Of a stretch of 64,000 nucleotides of DNA, positions 1 through 14,305 are shown piece by piece (the stretch's first letter is position 1; every line of letters starts with the position of its first letter). The DNA lies in assembly GCA_964016885.1 (NCBI GenBank), contig OZ024741.1, positions 215,760,001-215,824,000 on the forward strand, read 5' to 3'. Origin of the DNA: Eledone cirrhosa. Lineage: Eukaryota. The notes beneath the pieces are model-generated. The model saw nothing but the letters and a program-made list of their open reading frames with translations, was not told the DNA's origin and searched no databases. Made by a program: the position numbers and the translations under genes.

Positions 1-30
1 GTTGGTTATTTTGTGAAACTTATGAAGAAG

Positions 31-365
31 AATAATTTCTTCATTAGCCAAACAGGGCTCACATTAAGGAAACATTAAAGACGATACAGGACAATACAAT
101 GTGGGGCCTTTTTGTGTAAAATAAAATTTATACCAGAGACTAAGAAAATAAACATTTAAAACAAACATAACAAATCCCACAAAGCTGAGGAGACTCTAAG
201 GGTTACTAATAGAGAAATCTCACAAAAGCCACGTTCACCCTGTCCGCAAGGGCAAAATGTCCTCTCCCAGTTTTTTACTCCAATCTATAGGCGTATATTA
301 AGGAAGACCCATTCACACGGACTGTGCTCGCCACATTCACCCACCTTTTAATGAAAACACCTCTA
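31..365 (-). mobile_element. Diverged 3' end of a Tx1/L1-like LINE
   Basis: Minus strand encodes FIKRWVNVASTVRVNGSSLNIRL*, matching the ORF2 end at 7147 (FYKMWVNVAKMARVVGPSLYISL*). The 3' UTR ends ...ggctaatgaagaaatt, similar to the other copies. Confidence 0.75.
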
Positions 366-1069
366 GCCTTCAATAATCTGTTAGTCAGTGTCACTTTAGC
401 TGAGCAGTAAAAACACACATTTCAATTCTTAGTCATTGTCGTCTAGATGACCTTACTGGTGTAAAGAGCCAGTTCGATTTTTTACTGGTTTATCTTCCAT
501 CATGATTATTTCTATTATATATTTGAATATATAATAGAATTGATTCTCATGAACAATAATTTCCATTTACATCGGTTAAAATTTAATAGTTTCGGCTATA
601 AACGTGAGGGTGAAAAACTCTCCTAATGTGACTGTGTGTATCTTAATCAAAAAAACATTTTCTGACGACCAACAACAACAATAAGCCATTTGGGACTGTA
701 ATGCGATCTGAGAGAGTCTGCAACAAAACGAGGTTATAAAAACTATTGCAGTTATTATCTACAACTTTGCCACATCCGAACATAGTTATTTATATTATGA
801 CTTGGTGTAATTGCTCTATCTGTGATTCCACTGTTTAACATGTTCTGACTTTAAAATCCCGATAAGAAATAAAACAAAATATATGTATATATGTATACAC
901 ACACACACACACACACTCACACTGAAATATATATATGGTATTTATGTATGTAAATGTATGTATGTATTAAAGAAGACATTCAGATATGAAAAAAAATGTT
1001 GAAATAACAGAAATGCTAGAAGACAATATATATATGTAAGTGCATATACACACAAACACAGACACACAC

Positions 1070-1126
<57 letters not shown>

Positions 1127-1186
1127 CATAAGTACATAAATATATTCAAGCATACGCATGAATTTAGATCCGGCTTCTTTTATTCT

Positions 1187-1239
<53 letters not shown>

Positions 1240-1250
1240 TGTGTGTGTGC

Positions 1251-1304
<54 letters not shown>

Positions 1305-1340
1305 GCATATATATATACGTATTTATATATATAAATTAAT

Positions 1341-1432
<92 letters not shown>

Positions 1433-1661
1433 GGCGGGTATAACTGTTTCCTTTACGCCTTTTATAATTTATATGAAGACGAAATAGTGAATGGGTCGCG
1501 AACGAAATATAGGTTTAGTAGAAGAAATGGAAATGGTTGGCCGTATAAAGTATGGTATACATATCGCTGTAAAGACTCAAGTTGATGGACGTTAATAGAT
1601 GTCATAGTCCTTGACATTTTGGTTGAAAGTTTAAGATGTCTTCGCTAGAGAAGCAAACAAG

Positions 1662-1721
<60 letters not shown>

Positions 1722-1869
1722 TCTGCGTAATTATTGTCCTTTTTTTAATATATATCTTAGAATCTTATATAGTAGAATTACACCAACAATATCAACAATA
1801 TCTAGGAAAAAAATACACCTTTTTTAATCAAGAGAAAATTGCTTTGCTTGTATATATATATATTTACTC

Positions 1870-1926
<57 letters not shown>

Positions 1927-2031
1927 TTTATATATATATATATATATTATATATGTATATATTATATATATATTATATATATTTATACACATTTATATAT
2001 ATATATATATATTATATATATATATATATAT

Positions 2032-2087
<56 letters not shown>

Positions 2088-2110
2088 TATATATATAGAT
2101 ATAGATATAT

Positions 2111-2170
<60 letters not shown>

Positions 2171-2444
2171 GTATACATTTTTAAACTCCATAAAACTACA
2201 TAAAATGGCGTCTTGATCATTTGGTTGAAGATATTGCTAAATTCGAAATTGTATTGTCCGTTTGATAACCTCGTTGGCCTCTAATCAATAATTGATCCCC
2301 TGATCTTTTACTGTTGGATTTTATGACTTTTTAATGCCATTTCCTTCTTTCTCTCCCCCTCTCCCTACTTCCAACATATTAATTACAGGACAATCATAGA
2401 GGTTCTGTCTTCATTGCACATTGCTTATTTCTACCTTTGTCTAC

Positions 2445-3108
<664 letters not shown>

Positions 3109-3109
3109 T

Positions 3110-6100
3110 CACCTGAGAGCTTCCTGTCCTCGGCTAACTAGCCAAAAGAAGGCACTACTGCCAACAACTGCAACACCAGCACAGCAATCACCAGCACAAC
3201 AATCACCACCACTACCACAACAACAACATAAAAAAAATAGTGACAACAAAACAAATGACAAACACAGTCCCACCCAACCCCTTCCCACCTAAAACAAATC
3301 CAGAAACACCCACACACATAACAGCTCCCCAAAATGTACCCTCCCCAACAATACGGATGAGGCCTCATCATCGTCACCCAGTGACGATGAGGGAGACCCT
3401 TTGACGACCAGTAAAAAGAGAAAAGAAAAGACATAACACAAACAAAAATGCAACAAACACACAAACACCAACACAAGCGACGCAAACAGCACAAACAAAA
3501 ACACCCCCTCCTGAAAACAAAACACCTACTACAAAACGTAAACACACACAAGAACCACAGACAAAAAGCAACCCAACACAACAAAAATGTTACACCTACA
3601 TAAATACTAACGATAAAACTTTAACAGACACAATATATAAAAACCCTTCGGTGGAGACCGAAGGAAAAACTTTTACACACTCATCGGAGAATCCTAATCT
3701 TAATATGATTAGGACCTCCATGGACACACATAAACAGTTAAAAGAAAAATTTCCTAAAGACGTATGTAACCCCTGCGTCAAACCGTACAATCGAGTCCTG
3801 TTAAAATGTTTCCCCACCCCCACCCCATCCCACCAGACACCCCCTCCCCACCAAACATCTCCGTCCACACCCCGCCAGAGACTACCACCCCTCCAACACC
3901 CCCATGGAAATTGTGCAGCTTGGTCCCCAGGAGACGAAGAGGTGAGTGATTTCTTTTCCTCTTCTTTTATCTTTTCAGCACCAACATGGCCAATATAAGA
4001 GTTGGATGTGTGAATGTACGCAGCTTAGGGATGCCTTGGAAAAAGGGCAAACTCTTAAACGACCTCAGGTCGCACAGTATGGATGTAGTAGCCATTTGCT
4101 AGTCAAGGATCCACAGCGAGCGACAACTGGCCCCCATCTTCGACAACTTTGAGATCTACGCATCTCTCTGTCAGCCGGGGGGGGGGGGCCTTTTGCTGCG
4201 GAAACACCTGGACCTCGTAACACAGACGGTACGTCTGGACCCGGAGGATCGACTGGTGGTCCTAGACGTTGACGGTAGAGAAGGTGGAGCCTTCAGGATG
4301 GTGGCCGCATATGCCCCATCCGGGACACCACGGCCAGACTTTTTCAAACGTCTAGAGACTTTTCTGGGAACGTCGCACTCCCTGTTGTTAGTGGGGGACT
4401 AGAATGGAATCCTAGATGTGGGAGCATGTCCCGATAGAGGTGAGTGTAACAGCCTCAAACAGTTAATCGGCCGATTTGACCTGGCCGATAGATATCGACT
4501 ATATTTTCCGACTGTGCCACTGTGGACGTGGACTAATCACAGCGGAACATCTAGATCGTACCTAGATAGGGTTCTAGTTAGAAAGAAGGATAGGGACATG
4601 TTAAGCTGTCCACAAATATTGATGGTTGCCTATTCAGATCACAAATTAGTGACGTGTTTAGTCAACCTTGACAAAACCCATAGACAGGGACAGGGCTACT
4701 GGAAGCTGAACTTGTCGTTACCGACATGCAAAGCCTACAGTAGACGGATTAGCACTTTAGTTAAGCAGTACTTGACGGGGGCCATTGTCAACAACAGATG
4801 GTGGTACTCTCTCAAGAGAGCAGTTAGATTAGACTCGATAGGTTTTAGTAAAGAATTAGTGTTAGATAGAACTAAAACCGAAAAGGAACTGGTAGATAAA
4901 GTAGAAGAGGCACTTATGATTGGCAACGTAGCCAGGGTGCTAGCGATGAGAACGGCCTTGGATTAGTTCTTCGACGCAAAGCATGCAGGCTGCGTTGTCA
5001 GAAGCAAAATACGTGCTCTGGGAAACGAGGGAGCCAAAGCTATTAGCTGGGCCCGAGTGACGGAGGCGAAAAGTGGCAACAAGTCCACGATTCGTTCTTT
5101 GAAGGACAAAGACGGACGCGTGATACGTGAGCCGAAGCAGATGTGCGCGGCCTTTCAGCGGCACTTTGCTCAACTGTTCGGGCAGGGTGGAGCGCCGGGA
5201 GGGGTTATGGATTTCAGTCCATACTTCGACGGCCTGCCGCGACTCTCGGACTGCGAGGCGAAGTTCTGCGAAAGACCGATTTCGGCCGCTGAGATAGGGG
5301 ACACTCTGAGCCAATGCGGCAAACGCAAATCTCCATGTCTCGACGGTCTACCCTACGAATTTTACGTAGCAATGCCGGTCTTGTTCTCCGGTCTCCTAGA
5401 CGCGGTCTACTGCAACTGGCAGTAGAACGGGATAATTCCCAGTTCTGTGACCAAGGGCGTAGTCACTTTAGTCAGGAAGGGCGAGAATAAGAGGGATGAC
5501 ATGGCAACTTCCGGCCATAACTCTGCTAAACACAGAGTTACAGATTTTGGCCAAGGTGTTGGCAAAGAGATCGGCGCTTGTCGTCGAAAACCTGGTGGGA
5601 GAAGCGCAGACATGCGCAATCCCAACCAGGTCCATAGACGACAACCTCCACCTCATGCGATACATCATAGAGAGGGTAGGGTGTAAACACGGCTTCGGTG
5701 GGGCCCTGATAAACTTGGATCAGTCTAATGTTTCGATAGGGTTGACCATCGTTACCTGGATGCGGTGCTCGAGGCGGCAGGCTTCGGACCCATGTCCAGG
5801 GGCTGGATTGATGCAATGCACAGCAGCAACATCTGCTCAAGGGTCAAGATGAACAGATACCTCGCGGAGCCGTTCCATATCACGCGATCCATCTGACAGG
5901 GATGCCCCCTCTCCTCCCTTCTGTACGTACTGACTCTCGAGCCACTACTACGGAAGTTGGAGCTATTGCAGGGCATCCCTTTGGAACCGGGACTGCGATA
6001 AGCGGCGTCGGCCCACGCCAACGACATGGCTGTAATGGTATCGAGCATCTCGCAAATCCGGGAGGTCGGCACCTTACTGGAGGAATACGAAAGGTTCACA

Positions 6101-7378
6101 GGAGCGAATGAACCGGGACAAATCCGTCGGTTTGCAACTCGGAACGTGGAGACGAAAACCGTTGCCTTCCGATGGCGTCGTCGGACGCTGGACGGAAAGA
6201 CCGGTAAAGGTGCTCGGGGGTACTGGTTTGGCCTGGACCTCCAGGTGGAGAAGAACTGGAAGGAGGTGACGGCCAAGGTACGGCAAACACGCGCTCAGGC
6301 TGCGGCACCTCCACGTATTCCTGACCGGACAACCGGTGTGGGCCCCATTCGTAAGGCGAGCCTTCCCACGACTCGTCTCGCTGACCGAGCTTCAGTCCTG
6401 GGTCAAGCAAAGACCGAGGAAAATGAGCGACTGGCACATCGAATGTGCTCAGGCGCTCACCTTCCTCTGGCAAACGGACCCGGCGATCAGTGGAGACTCC
6501 ACTTCGTCATTCTATAGAAGGTTGGTCCGCAGCAAGTGCGACGACGCGCTCAGAGAAAATCTAAGCGTAGAGGTGGACGAACTGGCCAGTCTGTTCGGTA
6601 GGACCTTCACCCCGGGACCAATGGACAACTTCCCAAAGTTCCTGGCCTGGCAGTGCTACCGAGGAGCTCTACCAGTTCGAGACAAGCTCTACAGACACGG
6701 GTGCCCGAGCAGGCCCCTTCGAAAAAGATCTGTCCGAGATGCGTGCGCGACGAGGAAACCGTCGCGCACGCATTTGTACACTGCCCTGGCGTTACCGACG
6801 TGTGGGGCTACGTAGAACGACTTTTGTCGCGGGTGGGCCCAATCCAGTTGACCACCGATTCCATTGTCATGATCAAACCGCCACCCTCCTTCGAAAATGA
6901 AGGAGAGGCGGTTTTCCTATAGGTTATGGCTATGGTGAAAGAGGTTATATGGTGGACGAGGTTAAAAGGGTGGAGGTCAGGCACCTTTCTCTCCGACGAA
7001 CAACTGATTGGTTTTTTTAAATATCATTTTGGAAGAAGAATCAGGATGGAGAGAGATGTGCTGTACCCCAGGACATTTTATAAAATGTGGGTGAATGTGG
7101 CAAAGATGGCCCGAGTGGTTGGGCCTTCTCTCTATATAAGCCTGTAGGTTGAGGAAAAAGAGGAAGAGAGGAAGGGAGTACTCAATCTTGATGTTCCTGG
7201 AGATGAGGGTTATACATTTTTTCGGGGTGTGTACAACCCCTGTGTAACGCCTCCCCCTATTGGGGATTTCAATTGTTATTTGTTATTTTATTAATAGTTT
7301 TATTTTCATATACCTGTATGTAAACTCCCCATTTGTATTTGTCCTCTTTCATTTGTGCTCTTGTGACTAATAAAAAAA
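3110..7378 (+). mobile_element. Near full-length, inactivated Tx1-clade (L1 group) non-LTR retrotransposon
   Basis: A C/A-rich ORF1-like remnant (about 3110-3950) is followed by ORF2 pieces and a 3' UTR with AATAAA and an A-tail. Flanked by (TATC)n-like sequence. Confidence 0.9.
3986..7147 (+). pseudogene. LINE ORF2 (APE endonuclease, reverse transcriptase, CCHC knuckle) with many stops and frameshifts
   Basis: APE: MANIRVGCVNVR, AAYAPS, LVGD*N, SYLDRV, SDHK, GYWKLN. RT: SPCLDGLPYEFY, ITLLNTELQILAKVLA, LDQ..FDRVDH, QGCPLSSLLY, YADD degenerated to HAND. C-terminal CPRC..EETVAHAFVHC. Confidence 0.92.
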
Positions 7379-7924
7379 TTGATCTATATTTATATGTCTT
7401 AATCTATCTATTTGTCTGCCTATCTATCTATCAATCTAACTGTCTAGCTGTCTGTTTCTCTCATTACTTCCTCCTTTTTTGTCCCTCTTTTTTAATGGAC
7501 GATAAATAGGCAGAGGCGTTAGGGCATCGGATTAAATACTTCGCTATTTATTCCAGTCCATTGCTCCCCGAGTTAAAATCCGGCCAAAGTCTATCCTGCT
7601 TATCATGCAATCGAGATCTATAAACAAATTACCAGCCCAGGGTAATGTATTGGTAGAACCTTGAATGAGTCGAGCGGAATACTTTGCTATATGCGTTTTT
7701 CAGTTCAAATCCAGTCTCCTTCTGCCGAGAGTTACATCCAGTCGATAGTATCAGCATTGCAAAAACCAAAGGAAATATATTTTCTTGGTCGGACCTGACG
7801 ATCAGCTCTTTCGTTTTATTTAATGTTTCTTTTTTTTTTCTACCGTTCATTCTTTCGTTTATTCTATCATCAGAACATTCGTTCTGCCCCTCTCGTTTAT
7901 ATTATTCTGTCGACACATCTAGAA

Positions 7925-8212
7925 CAGTCATGGGTAATCTGCGAGCCGCGAAGCTTTCTGAATGGCTCGCCTAAGTCACCTAATTGAAATCTTTCTGATT
8001 TTTTACCCAACTTTTTACTCATAATTTATCTTTTTACCATTTTTACGATCTAGGAAAACAACGTGTACGAATTCTGAAGAAACAAACCAAAACAACCTGA
8101 GTTACCACCCTTTTTTTAATGTGGGCACGAATGTAAATTAGCGCTTGCGGCCCGGCTGATGATGAGACATATCTTATGCGACCCGCTTCTCGAAAAAGGT
8201 TGCCTATGCCTG
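7925..8212. mobile_element. Probable hAT-type MITE
   Basis: Imperfect TIRs CAGTCATGGGTAATCT ... AGGTTGCCTATGCCTG. Left flank ATCTAGAA resembles the Charlie target site, but there is no matching right TSD. A second hAT-like end (CAGTGGTTCACAAA) is at about 8325. Confidence 0.5.
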
Positions 8213-8222
8213 CCATATGCCA

Positions 8223-8303
<81 letters not shown>

Positions 8304-9047
8304 TGAAGGGCGAACCATCTAAGCCAGTGGTTCACAAAAATCCGCGAGTCGCGGTGGGCTGATGTTCCAGGGTATGTAACTAGATGCATCGCAAAAGAAT
8401 AAGATTAAGTTTTAAGATTGTTAGAAATACAAACTGAAATTCATAAGAAAGTTCATATAGCTGTCGAAGAGGCAAACAAGTAAAGTTTGTAACAAGATTT
8501 GCTAAGAAAAGCTCTATCTGTCAACTCTGTTAAGAATGAGAAGTGGTTTGAGCATTCTTTAATAACACATCTAACATAATTAACCAAAATAGACTGAATG
8601 CACAAGCCAGCTCTATAGATGTGTTATTAAATTTTGTGTTTTAAATTTCATAAGAATCTACATTACATTGTAAAATGTCTATATTTCATTGTAAAGGCGA
8701 CCGCTTAGATGCAAAGCGGTCGCCCAACCTGCTATGAATAACAGCCAAATCTCCCTCATAGTATATCTTACTATTTAAAAATAACACTAGGAAAGCACAT
8801 TAGATTATATAGTACTACAAAAACTATTTGAGAGTAAAATAAAAAGAACGCACAGCAAAAATGTCGTAGATATAGATTAAATATCTTCTATTATAAGTCT
8901 AGTTGATCGGGATTGGCCTTGGGCTAAAAGAACAACAGCAACAACAACAACAAAGACAACAATTTATCGATAACTTCCTTTCATTTTCTGTCTTATACAT
9001 TTTCCCTTTCTCAAAGTCTATATTGTCTTTCATTCTTTATCGCAAAT

Positions 9048-9099
<52 letters not shown>

Positions 9100-9136
9100 G
9101 TGTGTTTGTGTATGTTTGTGTGTTTATATATATATA

Positions 9137-9225
<89 letters not shown>

Positions 9226-9670
9226 TTAGGTTTGTTGGTTCACCACTGGATAGAACTGGTCATTCCAAATGGTCAACCTCGATATAATATTATGGAGAGT
9301 ACTCAACATAATGCAACTCACCCGTCTTTGTTTGTGTAGTTGGTGGTGCGAGTACGGAGTTAATTATTATAAAATAGCAGGAGGCTGGACTGGTGTACTT
9401 CCTTAAAAGTTTTATTATACTATAATCATTTCAATGACCGGGTTCAGTATATATCCGGTGACATCATCAGGTATTCGAAATATAACAAAGGAATATAATA
9501 GACAAAATCCATGGGGCTGATAATCAGAGACATGAGGGCGACCGAACATTTAGCAGCTTCTACCCCGGTCGGTCGTCCTCAAGTCAACAACATGTGTACC
9601 TGTCCTGGCCACACCAATTCGGACTGCCTGAAGAGGTCACAGCCAATGATGGCTGTCACCGAAATATATA
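9226..9670 (-). mobile_element. Probable PLE terminal-repeat fragment inserted in (TA)n
   Basis: Contains an HHR-like motif. A second, folded-back partial copy is at about 16305-16410. Confidence 0.5.
9417..9474 (-). ncRNA. Type I hammerhead-like motif (imperfect stem II)
   Basis: AUAC-CUGAUGA-ugucACCGG...CCGGUcauu-GAAA-UgauuA-UA/GUAU. Confidence 0.55.
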
Positions 9671-9680
9671 TAGCAGTATA

Positions 9681-9759
<79 letters not shown>

Positions 9760-9762
<3 letters not shown>

Positions 9763-11580
9763 CGTTTCTGAATTTGTTTAGCAAGATTCTTTATCTGAAA
9801 TCGTGTGTTGAAACCGATATTGTCATACTTTGGGAGGGTCATGTTGCCAATAAGAAACACACGCACCAGTTGCTTTCACTTCAATTTATTATAATACATT
9901 TATAATAAATTTATGAATTTATAAATTTCTGGTTGGTTGGTTGGTTCCACAACCAGATAGTTGTTTATATATTGTCATAGTTCTTTCGTCACACACTCTG
10001 TGACCTCTTCAGTGACTGGGGATTCCTTTCTTTGTTTCTGTGCCTCTCCTTTGTTCTGTCCTACGCCATTTTGTTTCTGTGTGTGTGTTGTGTGCTCAGT
10101 CTGCTCATGCGCCACATCCGGGTGTCTGTGTGTGTTTATGTTCATTTATTTATTTGTTTATTTACATGTTACTGGTTGGTTGTTTGTTCTATGTGTGTGT
10201 GAGTTTTCATTTTGTCCTTAATTGTAAGTTGTGATGTTGCTGTTCCACTCATATTTTCTATTTAATTTTGGTTGTAATTCTTTTATGTTTATTGCCTCTG
10301 TAATTTGTCTAAACACTGCGTCTTTTCTGTGTGTAGATTCTATTTTTATTTCTATGTTCTCTAATTTACCCTTGTGTTCTATTTTAGCATGTTGGTAGAG
10401 TACAGATGATTCTTTACTATCTTGAAGGTCTCGCCAGTGTTCATTTATCCGTTCCCCTACACTACGAGCTGTCTCACCTATGTACACTATATTTTTGTCT
10501 CTACATTGTCCTTCAGTACATCTTATGCTCTACACTACATTTCTAGTTTTACAGTTAATATGGGGGCTTATTTTACAGGTTATACATTTCTTATCTATAC
10601 ATGAGGGTCTTTGAAAAGGGTATGTCTTGCTAATAAGTGTTTTTACGGAGGTACCTGGTCTTTCTACTATCTTAATATTGAGTTTATGTTTATTTAGGGC
10701 CCTTCTAAATTTGTAAGCTAATTCACCTCTAGAGGTTGTATCGATTAACATTACACTCTGGTATTTATTGCTATCATACCATGAGTTTATTCTATTAGCC
10801 TTGTTCCTAGTTCTTTCTATTCTATTCCAAAATTTGCTCCTATACAAGGGGCAGGTCCCATTTATGTCATTATTTACCATTTTTTCCCATTTGGTTCTGG
10901 CTCCTCTATACACTCTGATTTTATCTCTCTGATTGTAGCCAGAGAACTGCATACGGGGGATGAAGTGTTGTATGTGTCTCTCTAGTTCTTCGGGGTTGCA
11001 CATGCGGGACACATTTCTCATCACCCGTACCAAATCCGCAATCAGTATGTTGATTTTGGTATGGTCCGAAACGGCCGAGTTTCGGTGGATCAGATGTTTG
11101 GAAGTCATGGGTTTGGCATAATGGGAATGGAGGATTTGTTTTTTGTTGCTAATGGTATCTAACCAGAGCTCTGTGTCTAGTACAGGTAATCGATGGTTGG
11201 GGTGTTTACTTGGGTAGTCTATAGTAACTCTAATGCTCTGGTGGATGGAGTTTGCTATTTGCTGGATGCTTTCCATTGTGTTTTTCTCTAGTTCCTGACT
11301 GTTCTCTAGTGGGGGTGTCTTAACTACGATGTTTATATCATCAACGTAGCGGGAGTACATTATCAGGGTTAAGGGGTCTTCTAATTGTTCTTTAAGTTTA
11401 AGTTTAAGTCTACTGTCCCACCATATCATGAATAAGTTAGCTATGTCGCCTGCAATGCTAACACCAATGGCTGCTCCTTCCTCTTGGGCATATGTTTTTC
11501 CATTAAATTTGAACATATGTTCCTTAAGGGTTAGTTTTATGCTGGCCCCTACCGCATGTGCAATCATTTTCTTCAGTTCA
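9760..11580 (-). mobile_element. Penelope-like element, 5'-truncated (RT core, thumb, GIY-YIG, 3' pseudo-LTR)
   Basis: ORFs 10530-11567 and 10218-10487 (one frameshift) contain QEEGAAIG, YSRYVDD, LPVLD and VVYSIRC...YIGETARSVGERINEH. Ends in (TA)n. Confidence 0.95.
9974..10016 (-). ncRNA. Minimal type I hammerhead in the Penelope pseudo-LTR
   Basis: GUCA-CUGAAGA-g-GUCACA-gagug-UGUGAC-GAAA-GaaC-UA/UGAC, on the same strand as the PLE ORF. Confidence 0.85.
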
Positions 11581-11745
11581 TATAGTAATAATTACCTAGA
11601 CACATATGACCTTAGCAACCTGTGCCCTACAAGACCAGCAAGAAGCAGACCACCTACCATTACCTCAATGGCCAAGAAAACCCACACAGATAGATGGAAA
11701 GGGTGGACCAGAGCCATACGGACACCCGAAAACCACGATGAACTG
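11581..11745 (+). mobile_element. Inverted upstream RT segment of the same PLE
   Basis: Reverse complement of about 51630-51795 (YSNNYLDTYDLSNLCPTRP...HDEL). 8-bp overlap CAGTTCAT/ATGAACTG at the junction. Confidence 0.9.
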
Positions 11746-11769
11746 GACAGGTGTGTGTGTGTATATGTA

Positions 11770-13065
11770 TAACCCATGACTTCCAAACATTTGATCCACC
11801 GAAACTCGGCCGTTTCGGACCATACCAAATCAACATACTGATTGCGGATTTGGTACGGGTGATGAGAAATGTGTCCCGCATGTATAACCCCGAAGAACTA
11901 GAGAGACACATACAACACTTCATCCACCGTATGCAGTTCTCTGGCTACAATCAGAGAGATAAAATCAGAGTGTATAGAGGAGCCAGAACCAAATGGGAAA
12001 ACATGGTAAATAATGACATAAATGGGACCTCCCCCTTGTATAGGAGCAAATTTTGGAATAGAATAGAAAGAACTAGGAACAAGGCTAATAGAATAAACTC
12101 ATGGTATGATGGCAATAAATACCAGAGTGTAATGTTCATCGATACAACCCCTAGAGGTGAATTAGCTTACAAATTTAGAAGGGCCCTAAATAAACATAAA
12201 TTCAATATTAAGATAGTAGAAAGACCAGGTACCTCCGTAAAAACACTTATTAGCAAGACATACTCTTTTCAAAGACCCCCCTGTATAGATAAGAAATGTA
12301 TAACCTGTAAAATAAGCCCCCATATTAACTGTAAAACTAGAAATGTAGTGTATAGCATAAGATGTACTGAAGGACAATGTAGAGACAAAAATATAGTGTA
12401 CATAGGTGAGGCAGCTCGTAGTGTAGGGGAACGGATAAATGAACACTGGCGAGACCTTCAAGATAGTAAAGAATCATCTGTACTCTACCAACATGCTAAA
12501 ATAGAACACAAGGGTAAATTAGAAAACATAGAAATAAAAATAGAATCTACACACAGAAAAGACGCAATGTTTAGACAAATTACAGAGGCAATAAACATAA
12601 AAGAATTACAACCAAAATTAAATAGAAAATATGAGTGGAACAGCAACATCACAACTTACAATTAAGGACAAAATGAAAACCCACACACACATAGAACAAA
12701 CAACCAACCAGTAACATATAAATAAACAAATAAATAAATGAACATAAACACACACAGATACCCGGATGTGGCGCATGCGCAGACTGAGCACACAACACAC
12801 ACACAGAAACAAAATGGCGTAGGACAGAACAAAGGAGAGGCACAGAAACAAAGAAAGGAATCCCTAGTCACTGAAGAGGTCACAGAGTGTGTGACGAAAG
12901 AACTATGATAATATATAAACAACTATCTGGTTGTGGAACCAACCAACCAACCAGAAATTTATAAATTTATAAATTTATTATAAATTTATTATAATAAATT
13001 GAAGTGAAAGCAACTGGTGCGTGTGTTTCTTATTGGCAACATGATCCTCCCAAAGTATAACAATA
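11770..13065 (+). mobile_element. Penelope-like element 3' part (thumb, GIY-YIG, pseudo-LTR), inverted relative to 9760-11580
   Basis: ORF 11751-12665 is near-identical to the minus-strand copy. HHR at 12867-12909. Confidence 0.95.
12867..12909 (+). ncRNA. Minimal hammerhead (Penelope pLTR copy)
   Basis: GTCA CTGAAGA G GTCACA GAGTG TGTGAC GAAA GAAC TA TGAT. Confidence 0.85.
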
Positions 13066-13096
13066 TATATATATATATATATATACATATTATATA

Positions 13097-13166
<70 letters not shown>

Positions 13167-13189
13167 TGTGTGTGTATGTATATATATGT

Positions 13190-13530
13190 ATATTGTTATA
13201 CTTAGGGAGGTCATATGTTTACCATTGACTGACCAACGGTCAAAAATACAGATATAATATTGATATAAACACATATATATAGTCTAACAAAGTTCTTTCT
13301 TTGCATATATATGCAAAAGCGTCAGTGGTGCTATTATGTTCCTCCTGTTGTATTGTATTTCAACGCCAGAATAAACATGGCGTAGATATACAATACAATA
13401 GGAGGAACATAATAGCACCACCGACGATGTTGCAGATGTGCAACGAAAGAACTTTGTTAGATTATATATATGTGTTTATGTCTATATTATATCTGTATTT
13501 TTTACCTTTGGTCAGTCAATGGTAAACATT
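13190..13530. repeat. Imperfect palindrome (about 150-bp arms) of a sister-PLE pseudo-LTR with one degenerate HHR per arm
   Basis: Right arm reads CCGACGA-t-GTTGCA-gatg-TGCAAC-GAAA-GAAC-TT (13421-13454). Left arm, minus strand, reads CTGACGC...GAAAGAACTT. Its tail atgacctccctaagtataacaata is homologous to the main PLE tail. Confidence 0.75.
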
Positions 13531-13693
13531 GAGGATCGATTGAATTAACTGTAGAGATATAAAAGATACATAAGCGGAAACCAACCAAACAGTGAGTTCT
13601 GTTATTATTTCTGGCAATATTATTACAATATCACCCTCCACAAGTATAACAATATTTGTTTCGGCACACAATTTCATATCAAAACCCTAACAA

Positions 13694-13764
<71 letters not shown>

Positions 13765-13767
<3 letters not shown>

Positions 13768-13949
13768 TAAAAGGAAAAGAAAATGGTGACAAATTGTTCC
13801 CATTGAAAAATAGTTTAATTAGGAATAAGTAAAAATTAGTAATAAGTATTGGTTAGTATTCAGTTTTAGTTTTAAGGTTTTTACCTGTTGCGATTTCTAA
13901 TGCTTTTCAAATATAATTTGAGATAGAGCGCCCGTGATGTTTGCTCTAA

Positions 13950-13952
<3 letters not shown>
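13765..13952. repeat. Dispersed repeat fragment (same family as 45300-45740 and the 52.05-52.6 kb palindrome)
   Basis: Shared gaaaatggtgacaaattgttc...ttagtattcagttttagttttaag...tttgagatagag sequence. Confidence 0.8.
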
Positions 13953-14045
<93 letters not shown>

Positions 14046-14104
14046 TATATATCTATACATATATATATGCCGACACGAACACACACATACACAAACACAC
14101 ACAC

Positions 14105-14151
<47 letters not shown>

Positions 14152-14305
14152 TATAACCAAAGATTAGTATAGTTCGTTGATTACTCAATGAATACAATTT
14201 TACAATAGATTAGAACAACTCAACAAAAGGTTTTCCTGGACATTTTAATATTATTCAAAATATTAACAAATGGAAAATATTCTCACAATCAAAATATATA
14301 CTTTA

